A stretch of 37,601 nucleotides of DNA from assembly GCF_001194135.2 (NCBI RefSeq), contig NC_068986.1, forward strand, positions 997,501 through 1,035,101. Direction: 5' to 3'. Shown piece by piece: positions 22,801 to 30,325 of the stretch. This DNA comes from Octopus bimaculoides. Taxonomy: Eukaryota. The position numbers and the translations under genes were made by a program. The notes beneath the pieces were generated by a model that searched no databases, was not told the origin of the DNA, and saw only the letters and a list, made by a program, of their open reading frames with translations. The stretch's first letter is position 1; each line of letters opens with the position of its first letter.

Positions 22801-25800
22801 TCCTGTCAATGATATTATTAAAGTTGTTAAATGACTAACTATGTATAACTTGTAAAAAAAAAAAAAAAAAAAAAAAAAAGAAAGAATTACAAATTAATGT
22901 TGGGTCGATTTGTATTTTTACGTACATCCTTGTCTGTGTTATTAGTCACTAGGTGTTTCCGGTCTTATGATATATACTCTCGTCCTGGTGACCTGGCCCA
23001 AGTTGATCAAGTCTAGGCTTGTGTTGAGGTGGCATTCTTCTAACTCTGCTGGTTGCCTCTTTTTTAGTTAGAGCCAATTAAATGCTTTGTCTACAGCTTC
23101 TGGAAAATTGATGGCTCTTTTTCTGTTTAATCTTATAATGCCCAGGGTTCCATTGGGAGCGACCCATCAATACTTGACTGCTCATCTCTTCTGGCAAGCA
23201 CTTTGTCCTGTAACAATCCTCTGTCAACTCTTGGTACTTCTGTTGCACCTCTTTCTAGAGTCTGGTATCTCTGATAAGATGTGCCACTTTTTTCCTTTAG
23301 AAACAAACATGATATTTGGTCACAACAAGGACTGCTTCTCCAGATCAGCTCCTATCATCTGGTTATGTGCAACTCTTTCTTTCTCTTACTAACAATGATA
23401 CTCATCATGTTGATTGCCTCGGTGAAGTTCTTGAGGATTTGGTTATATTTGCAGCAATAGTGTCCTTTAGCTATTAACTCTGTGTAACTTGTATTGGCAA
23501 AAAAATGAAAAAGAATAAAGAAAGAATTAGGAATCTCAAGTAATTAAAAAAAAAAAAAATGTTGAAAACAAACATTAAGTGAAATAAATCTTGGCATAAA
23601 ATTCAGATACCAGAATAGATGTATTCAAATATTTTTCTCAAATTTTCAGCAATTCATTTAAATGCAAACTTCTTTCTTTACCAGATGTTGCTGATTGTTA
23701 CATACAAATTTCTTCTGGATTTGTCCAGATTGCAACAATTGAAAACACAGAATTGGAAAAGTATGTTAAACGAAACAAATTTTGAGTTTCAACTGAATTA
23801 CTATTTATAAAGATTTTGATTTTAAAAAAAAAAAGATCATGTGAAAAAATTTTAATTCTGGCAATTTTGTTTTTCTCCTATCATAAATTTAATGTTAATT
23901 TTATTCTCTTTGTAAATTTGTGACTAAGTGGTTTAGTTTACATTATTACTACTCAAAAAATTAACATAATTACTTCCTCTCTGTTTAGATGCAAATAAGT
24001 TGAACAGATATTTGACATCTTATAAAACTTATATTTATCAAACAAATGAGGGAGCTTCTATACAGTCATTTGACCTGCTAGAAATAGCAGCCAAATCACA
24101 CCTGCTTTAAAAAATGGACTCACTGACCTATGTAGTCCCTAATATACCATAAGAGCGGACGGTCACAGTTGAAACTCCTTTAGCCACATATGTCTATTCG
24201 ATCAGAGACCGACCGAGAGTCAAACAGCTTAGTCTTCTACAGTCACCGTTGCCTCAGCATCATTATTGTTTTTATGCTTTTTTCCATGCTGGCATGGGTT
24301 GGATGATGCCTTGAGGCAGTATTCTTGGATCTGGTGTCCCTCTTGATGCTAACCCTTGTTTTCAAGTAAGACAGAATACTCCTCTGGTTTCCACATGCCA
24401 AAACCATCAAGCTGTAGGACATGTCACCAGTGCTCAAGCAGTGACAATCCAGAGACAACTGGAGAAACATAAATGACAGGCGTGTGTCCAGTTTCTATCT
24501 ACTGAATTTCACTCACAAGACGTTGGTCACTCCAAGGCTATCGTAGAAGACACTTAATCCAAGGTGCCCACAGTTTAATTGTACTGAAATCCTATGGTTG
24601 CAAGGTGAACTTCTTAACCACACAGACATACTAGTTTGTTGATAACGACTTCAGTCAAATCAATTTGGAATTTAAGCCAAATATCTGTTTGGTTAATTAA
24701 GGTCAGTATTTAGATATGTTAGAGAAGTTTATCTATTTCTGAGTTTCAGTTCATTCTTGTCTAGTAGAACTCAATATGTTCTTTTACTTGTTCAGTCTTT
24801 GAATTGTGGCCATGCTAGAGCATCTTTTTATATTTGGAATCATTATCATCGATTAATGTCCGTTTTCCATGCTGGCATGGGTTGAACGGTTTGACTGGAG
24901 ACTGGCAAGCCAGGAGGCTACACCAGTCTCTAATCTGATCTGGCTTGGCTTCTACAGCTGGATGCCCTTCCTAACGCCAACCACTCCAAGAGTGTATTGG
25001 GTGCCTTCTATGTGCCACTGGCACTAGAGCCAGTCAGGCAGCACTGGCATCGGCCACAAAACTTTTGGTTGAGTCTAATACATTCTTCATCATCATCATC
25101 ATAGTCTACTGAAGATGAATGTCTGAGATATACAGCAATAATTATCTATTCACCCAAGTGAAATTTTCCCTTAGGTGAATATTGAAGTTTGAAGCATTCA
25201 GTTACTGGTCTGGAAATTGAAATGTACTATAAGCTATTTAGACTCTGAACTATTTCTCTATATCCCTTGGATTACTGGATTGGCTTACTTGGATAAATTG
25301 TAAAATTTGTATTGTCTGTAACATATATAGGTAGATAGAAAGACACACACACACACACACACATTCTAATTATCTTTTTTTTTTAATCTTTTTATTGATT
25401 AGAATTTTCACTCGGTTAACTGAAGCCTTAGAGAAAGCAAGAGTAAGTTCAACCTTTTCTTATTTTAAACTTTATTTTCGCTGGCCTAAAATTGATCCTG
25501 TGTGGTTAGCATCCTCAGTTTCTCAAAGTATTAAAGTTCCGTCTTTACTTCCATGACTCAAATTGTGGTAGAGCTCTCCCCTGTGTTTTCAGCTGCTGGA
25601 TAAATAGTGTTGTGTACCTTCAGGAAAGGTTCTCTGAGTTACCTAACTGGATTTGACATGAATGCCTCCCAGTGTATCTATTCAGTCGTCTGGCTGTGAG
25701 TGTGCTGGCCTGGGTTGGCCAAGTGTTTTGCCATTTGCTGCATTCCCTCAACATCTGATATACACAACAGCTGGAACAACTAACAAAGTCAGTTGCCTTT

Positions 25801-28800
25801 AGTGTAGTTGTTATGGTTGAGTGCATATGGATACCTTTTACACTATCAGCCATTTTATATCATGGATTGGATGTACTGTGTCATTCACTGCCCCTAGGGA
25901 GGTTATCTAATGGATACCCTTCTATCTTGTACATTTTATGTTATTGCTCTTCTTGACAAACTTCTTTTATTGCAGCTTTGTAAGTCTTATATCTCACACT
26001 ATCATCATTTTACCTCTGTTTTCTCTGCTGGCATAGTTGGATGGTTTGATAGGATCCATCAAGTCAGAGACCATGCCTTCAATATTTCAGTTTTGGTATG
26101 ATTTCTATCGCTGGATGCTCTTCCTATCACCAACCACCACACAATATATTGGGTTTTTTTAAATTTTACTTTTGCATGGCACTGGCACTAGGGGTCTTGA
26201 CCTTTTACTCTCAAGATTAAAATGCCTTCACAACTGAGAAGAATAGAAGAGACGACGATGACTAACAATTGAAATTTTATCAGTGAAATATATTTTCTAT
26301 ATATTTGCAGAAACTTGAAGGACGAGTGGCATCAGATGAAGATTTGAAAATTAGTGACACATTGCGTTATTATATGAGAGATTCTGCTGCTGCTAAAGAT
26401 CTGCTGTATCGCCGATCACGGGCGCTTGCTGACTACGAACAGGCCAACAAAGCGTTGGATAAAGCTAGAACAAAAAATAAAGATGTTGCTTTGGTAAGTT
26501 GAGAATTGTTCTGTTGCAAAAAAAAAAAACAAGAAATTAATTATAATTAGAAGTGGATTTTTTTCTAAAGAAATCTTTACTCAGTTTTTAGCATATTTTT
26601 ATTTTAATGCAAACTACTTTATTATTATCATTATGATTATTATAATGAATCTTTTTCCCTTCCTTCAATTTTGTTTCTGAGTGTCTTCCCAACACCTAAG
26701 ACAAAGAAACTCAGTGTTTCTTTGGCTAGGCCATTAAAATAAACACATGAGATTGTTCATTTACAAAATCAGATAAAGTTATGTGGGAAAAGAACATAAT
26801 TTACATAGAACATAATTGTTCTCACAGATTTACTGTCTGCCAGTAAATCTGTTGAAAGTTAAGATGAGAGTGTTAGGCAAGGTCTGAGTGAAGGGCTTAC
26901 TCTGAGATTGAAGAAGGCCAGCTAGGAAAATACGATAGCAGTCAGGGTATCCTAGTTATGTCTGGTCTCTATAAGTAGCCCTTAGAGGCATCCCACCTTT
27001 CAGGGAAATTTTCTTTGTTTGGATTTTTTTTCTTGTTTTTGTTATTTCTATCATTTACATATTTTTTTTTTAATCTCACATTGTTGTCCTGTACTATCCT
27101 TGATCTTTTTGTCAACTCTTGTGACTAGCAAAGATAAAATTATTGTATTTTGTTCTTGTAATATTTATCAGGCTGAAAAGAACCAATTGCAAGCTTTTGA
27201 AAAATTTGAGAAAATATCAGACAATGCTCGGAAAGGTAAGAAAATAAATATATATTTTATAATTTTGTGCACATTTTGTTTTTGTATGAACACATAAAGT
27301 CTAATCTGGTATACTTTTATTTTTCTTTATTCAGAATTAACAGAATTTAAGACTCGGAGGATAGCTTACTTTCGGAAGAATTTTGTTGAACTAGTTGAAT
27401 TAGAACTAAAACATGCAAGAGTGAGTATTGCATAAAATCATATATTTCATTTGATATAAAGTTATATGACATCTGTAACAGACCTGTAACCTACTTGTTG
27501 GATTTGTTAACTGAAAGTATAATTTCAGATTTAACCCCAAATATTCTCTTCCTGTGCTCATAAAGAAGCTCGGTTTCAGGTTATTTACTGTAACTAACAA
27601 ATGGCTGAGTATAACATCAATAAATTTATGTAGACAATATAAGTTCTGAGCTCACTATAATTATCTTCCTCATTATTTCATGTTCATGCCTGCATAAGTT
27701 AAGCAAGCCTTCTCTAGTACAGCGTTTTACCACTCAGTGTAGTTCTTATGAATATTATCTATCCATAAAATACTCTAAGAAACATAGGTATGAATTTGTA
27801 GGTGCTAACAACTGAGTTTTATTAAACCTTTTGTTACAATATTGCTCTGCTTTTTGTTTCAATAAATTTTGAATAATTTAGTAAAACAACTTTGTTATTA
27901 TTAAACTGGTGTTTGGAATATAAAGTAACATTTTGATGGAAGGCTTTCATTTAGATTTTGTGTCAGAACAAGGACCAGTTTCAGGTGTAATTGGTAGTGA
28001 AAGGGTTAAGAAGCTTGCTCTGCAACCACATGGTTTCAGGTTCATGCTCACTGCACAGCACCGTGCCAGTGTCTTCTACTACAATCCTGGACCAACCAGT
28101 GTTTTGTGAGTGAATTTGGTAAGCAGAAACATTAGGAAGTTTGTAGTGTGTGTGTATAGTCAAATCAAATAAAATGAACATTAACAATAACAAACAACAT
28201 GTGGACATGCACATGGAATGTATTAGATTGATGCTTGGTAAGAAGGGTTGTTGATGTTTTGAGCATAACTCTTTGTCGGAAAGGAAAATAGAAAAGTCCA
28301 AAGAAGGAAAAAAAATCACCCACAGCATGTGTGTAGTTACATTGCTGAAGTGACCAGAAGTGTAACAGAAGCAACAAAGTGACTTAAAGGCCAAGAGTTT
28401 TGTACGTCATATGAATGATATAATGTATGCTAACTTCCCGCCCTCTTATGCTTCCAAATTACCATTCCTTCCTCTCTACCAAATTGCTTCTGTCGCTATA
28501 CATTTCTCACCCTCCCCATCTATTATGTCCTTCTCTGAACTCCTACACTAATAACCTACCCACATTGATAGGGTTTCCCTTCTTCCTCATCCTTCACCTG
28601 TCTTTTGTATTACTTTTGCTGTTTTTCACCCACTCAGCACCCACTCCTTCTTCACCTACTCCTTCCTCACCTTCTCCTCAACTCCTGTCATTGATCACTT
28701 CTCCAACTCCATGACATTCACCTCTACACCATTGCACCCTTCCAGATCCCATGACCTCTACTCTTTTTTTACCCTCCATCCACCCCAATCTTTGCTCATC

Positions 28801-30325
28801 TTAAGAAGTGCATCTGGCGTAGAAACCATGTCATTGGACTATGATGCAGTCCTCCAACTCTGCCAGAGCCTGTCAAACTGTCCATCCCATGCAACTTCAC
28901 GGTTGCATTGGATGGACATTAAAAGTTTATGACGTTGCTGGTTGTATGTATATCAAAGCATGAATGCATGTATGTATGTATGTTTTTGTTATATAGACAT
29001 TAGGTGAGAGCTAGATGTGCTTAGAGGAATTGGAGCTAAAACTCTGATTTCTTTATCCAGGACTAGGTCCACGGCATCAATAGTGGTTTATAAGAGAAAT
29101 CCAAAGTGAGCTGATATGGAGGTAGTGACGCAGATAAACAGGATTAGGTTTGACACGTATCTGTGTGTGTGTGAAGCCTAATTGTATTTACCTGCATCAC
29201 TACCCCCTTCCTCCCCTCGCCTCTCTCTCTCTTATATATATATATATATATAAAAAAAGCACCTTTTGAGCATTGCAACTTACAGAGTCAATGTGGCTGA
29301 TGCTGGTGTCGTGGAGCAAGCAATCTGTGCCGGTGGCATGTAAAAATCGCCTTTCGAGCGCTGGGACTCTGGCAATGACAAATGACAGAGAGCTTTGGCA
29401 ATATGCTGTGCTTGAGAAGAAAGATCCATCAAGCTCAGTGAAATCATAGTCGTGGTAGATACTGGTGTCATGCAACTGGTACCCGTGCTGGCAGCATGTA
29501 AAAGCACCCATTACTCTCTTGGAGTGGTTGTCATTAGGAAGGGCATCCAGCCATAGAAACCATACCAAATCAAACTGGAATCTAGTGCAGCCCTTCAGCT
29601 TACCAGCCCTGGTCAAACTGTCCAACCCATGCCAGCATGGGCAATGGACATTAAATGATGATATATATATATATATATCTTGCATTTTTTACTTGTTTGT
29701 CATTAGACTGTAGACATGCTGGAGCACCATTTTGAAGAATTTTAGTGAAACAGATCAATCCCAGTATTTACTTCTTGCTTTTTTTTTTCAAGCCTGGTAC
29801 TTACTTATTGGGTCTCTTTTTGCTGAACCACTAAGTTACAGGAAATAAACACATCAACACTAGTTGTCAAACAATGGTGGGGGACAAACAAAGACATACA
29901 CATACAACAAGCTTCTCTCAGTTTCTGTTTACTAAATCCACTCACAAGGCTTTGTTCAGCCCAAAGTTATAGTAGAAGACATTTGCCCGAGGTGCCATGC
30001 AATGGGACAGAACCCAGAATCATAGAATCCTCTGAAACTAGAGCTAGGTGATAACGATAATGACTAACTTATTTGGTCTTAGATTGGTGATGCTATTTAG
30101 TTTCACATGAGTTAATCTAGCAATGAGGGAAGCTCCTTTGAACTTAAGGCTTTAATAGTAAATTGTCCAGGATCTTAACTGCTGTTATCTTCTGTCACAT
30201 CTTAATGATATACCTCAGGTCTATTAAATCTATTAGCATTGAATATGTTGTTTTGTTTTTTTCCCCCCCAGGCTCAGCTCCAGTTGTTGAAGAATTGTAT
30301 TGTTGCTATGAAAGAAGAATCTTAA
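8312..30325 (+). CDS. SNX6: Sorting nexin 6-like (SNX5/6/32 family, PX + BAR), 12 spliced coding exons, 5'-incomplete in this window
   Basis: Exons joined manually: 105+111+122+124+96+106+76+40+183+64+86+54 = 1167 nt = 388 aa + TAA. All introns GT-AG with matching phases. Diagnostic motifs: [85 protein letters not shown]. Confidence 0.96.
9300..9456 (-). mobile_element. tRNA-type SINE head
   Basis: Reverse complement of the shared head (gaagacacttgtccaaaatgtcac...gcaagtgaacttctcaattacaca). Confidence 0.7.
10345..10470 (+). mobile_element. tRNA-type SINE head
   Basis: gattaagaaattagctttgcaaccatgtggtttc...ggcaccttag...gaccaatgccctgtgagtgga. Confidence 0.65.
12928..13291 (-). mobile_element. 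RTE LINE 3'UTR fragment
   Basis: atcatcatc...tttaacgtccgctttccatgctagcatgggttggacg...ggatgcccttcctaac; about 93% identical by manual count to 14326-14491 in inverted orientation. Confidence 0.85.
13656..13849. mobile_element. piggyBac-like MITE
   Basis: TTAA at 13652-13655 and 13850-13853; termini ccctttaacattcaga and (reverse complement) ccatttagcatttaaa match 12/16. Confidence 0.65.
14326..14508 (+). mobile_element. RTE LINE 3' tail fragment, young
   Basis: tggcacgtaaaaagcacccactac...ccatgctagcatggaaagcggacgttaaacgatgatg. Confidence 0.85.
15304..15470 (+). mobile_element. tRNA-type SINE head with short RTE-type tail piece
   Basis: gtgtggctaagaagttcactttg...ggcaccttgggccagc...tatagcctcaggctgaccaa followed by cccaagcatggaaatg...gatgattg. 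Confidence 0.6.
15494..15676. mobile_element. hAT (Charlie-like) MITE, 183 bp
   Basis: TIRs tagtgcccctcaacc and (reverse complement) cagtaccctgcaacc match 11/15; 8-bp TSD gtctttac (15486-15493) vs gtctgtac (15677-15684). Confidence 0.7.
16778..16818. repeat. (TG)n microsatellite
   Basis: Directly visible. Confidence 0.9.
17072..17182 (+). CDS. SNX6: SNX6 exon: [37 protein letters not shown]
   Basis: Acceptor ttttcag, donor gtaagt, 111 nt, phase 0/0; PX domain. Confidence 0.96.
17763..17933 (+). mobile_element. Degenerate RTE-like LINE RT/thumb remnant
   Basis: One frame with stops: FWYPG (FxYLG) ... IT*RIN* (IxxRIN) ... L*YGNKW (LxYGxExW), at the expected spacing. Confidence 0.5.
18588..18709 (+). 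CDS. SNX6: SNX6 exon: [41 protein letters not shown]
   Basis: Acceptor ctttcag, donor GC|gtatgt, 122 nt, phase 0/2; SNX5/6-specific helical insertion of the PX domain. Confidence 0.97.
18749..19046. mobile_element. Palindromic element made of two outward-facing SINE/RTE tails
   Basis: Left arm atgcccattctgttgccaacacttacctgtttccaag vs reverse complement of right arm atgctctccctgttaccaaccctcacttgcttccaag (28/37); catcatc at the left end and gatgacg at the right end. Confidence 0.55.
19495..19762 (+). mobile_element. Older RTE LINE 3' tail
   Basis: gtgctggtgccatgtaaatagc...gttggtgttaggaggggcatccaactgtagaaa...cctatgccagtatgg...gttaaatgatgatg. Confidence 0.7.
20168..20291 (+). CDS. SNX6: SNX6 exon: [41 protein letters not shown]
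   Basis: Acceptor tttgcag, donor gtaagt, 124 nt, phase 2/0; retains the YLxxF motif of the SNX5/6 cargo-binding groove. Confidence 0.97.
20640..20765 (-). mobile_element. tRNA-type SINE head, degenerate
   Basis: cacaaggcattggt...acttgcccaagacaccacac...gaacttaagaccatgtg. Confidence 0.55.
20823..20980 (+). mobile_element. Second SINE-like family, head and CORE-like middle
   Basis: gcttagttgttagggtgttg...tgtgttcttgggcaggacacttcatttcacattgctcc; the tgtgttcttgggcaggacactt stretch resembles a CORE-SINE motif. Confidence 0.5.
21226..21321 (+). CDS. SNX6: SNX6 exon: [32 protein letters not shown]
   Basis: Acceptor ttttag, donor AAG|gtgagt, 96 nt, phase 0/0. Confidence 0.96.
21524..22008. mobile_element. 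hAT (Charlie-like) non-autonomous element, 485 bp
   Basis: Left TIR cagcacttcccaacc; right end ggttgagaaactg; 8-bp TSD gttcagtt (21516-21523) vs gtttagtt (22009-22016). Confidence 0.65.
22361..22466 (+). CDS. SNX6: SNX6 exon: [35 protein letters not shown]
   Basis: Acceptor ttttag, donor A|gtaaat, 106 nt, phase 0/1; start of BAR domain. Confidence 0.96.
22925..23497 (-). mobile_element. HERO-like (R2/NeSL superfamily, restriction-like endonuclease) non-LTR retrotransposon 3' remnant
   Basis: Minus strand, in order: [12 protein letters not shown] (23465-23430; ~GRYRWRHDQVLK), [15 protein letters not shown] (23322-23311; ~RPDI), KYQEL (23239-23225), [29 protein letters not shown] (23145-23056), then a 3'UTR-like ttgatcaac...ggtcacc...agaccggaaacacc. 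Confidence 0.75.
23685..23760 (+). CDS. SNX6: SNX6 exon: (N)[24 protein letters not shown](K)
   Basis: Acceptor ttaccag, donor AA|gtatgt, 76 nt, phase 1/2. Confidence 0.92.
24045..24235 (+). mobile_element. Short interspersed repeat carrying the motif gacctgctagaaatagcagccaaatc
   Basis: Motif shared with 2355-2480 and with both arms of the 35758-35872 foldback. Confidence 0.5.
24258..24631 (-). mobile_element. Composite SINE: tRNA-type head joined to an RTE-type 3' tail (tail type B)
   Basis: Minus strand: head gtatgtctgtgtggttaagaagttcaccttgcaacc...ggcaccttgga...gtcttctacgatagcc, then cttacttgaaaacaagggttagcatc...catccaacccatgccagcatggaaaa...aataatgatg. Confidence 0.7.
24841..25068 (-). 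mobile_element. RTE LINE 3' tail
   Basis: tcatcgattaatgtccgttttccatgctggcatgggttgaacg...ctacagctggatgcccttcctaacgccaacc. Confidence 0.8.
25403..25442 (+). CDS. SNX6: SNX6 exon: (K)[13 protein letters not shown]
   Basis: Acceptor gattag, donor AGA|gtaagt, 40 nt, phase 2/0; bridges the flanking exons in frame. Confidence 0.9.
25600..25960 (-). mobile_element. Highly degenerate RTE/RTEX-like LINE C-terminal remnant
   Basis: Fragments GSE*, ITTTLK/RQL, WPTQ...LNRYTG loosely follow the YGSExW...RRL...WxPTxG...RDTG pattern. Confidence 0.3.
25997..26195 (-). mobile_element. Older RTE 3' tail
   Basis: ctatcatcatttta...tgctggcatagttggatgg...gctggatgctcttcctatcaccaacc. Confidence 0.65.
26311..26493 (+). 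CDS. SNX6: SNX6 exon: [61 protein letters not shown]
   Basis: Acceptor ttgcag, donor gtaagt, 183 nt, phase 0/0. Confidence 0.97.
27172..27235 (+). CDS. SNX6: SNX6 exon: [21 protein letters not shown]
   Basis: Acceptor ttatcag, donor G|gtaaga, 64 nt, phase 0/1. Confidence 0.94.
27335..27420 (+). CDS. SNX6: SNX6 exon: (E)[28 protein letters not shown]
   Basis: Acceptor attcag, donor gtgagt, 86 nt, phase 1/0; preceded by a 99-nt intron. Confidence 0.95.
27985..28150 (+). mobile_element. tRNA-type SINE head
   Basis: ggttaagaagcttgctctgcaaccacatggtttcaggttca...gtgtcttctactaca...ttgtgagtgaatttggta. Confidence 0.75.
29250..29662 (+). mobile_element. Chimeric RTE 3' end (UTR unit, then ORF terminus, then UTR and tail)
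   Basis: [22 protein letters not shown] at about 29352-29420; core ttaggaagggcatccagc; ccatgccagcatgg at 29627-29640; gatgat tail. Confidence 0.75.
29685..30025 (-). mobile_element. Near full-length tRNA-type SINE (tail type A)
   Basis: ttttacttgtttgtcattagactgtagacatgctggagcacc...ccactcacaaggctttg...gtagaagacatttgcccgaggtgccatgc. Confidence 0.75.
30272..30325 (+). CDS. SNX6: SNX6 terminal coding exon: [17 protein letters not shown]
   Basis: Strong pyrimidine tract and ccccag acceptor, 54 nt, TAA at 30323-30325. Confidence 0.92.
   Translation, partial: AQLQLLKNCIVAMKEES

Noticed and set aside
26305-26502. ORF-track starts such as MQKLEGR... and MTKEEF... (18666) as independent genes
   Set aside because: They are internal SNX6 exons read through into intron sequence.
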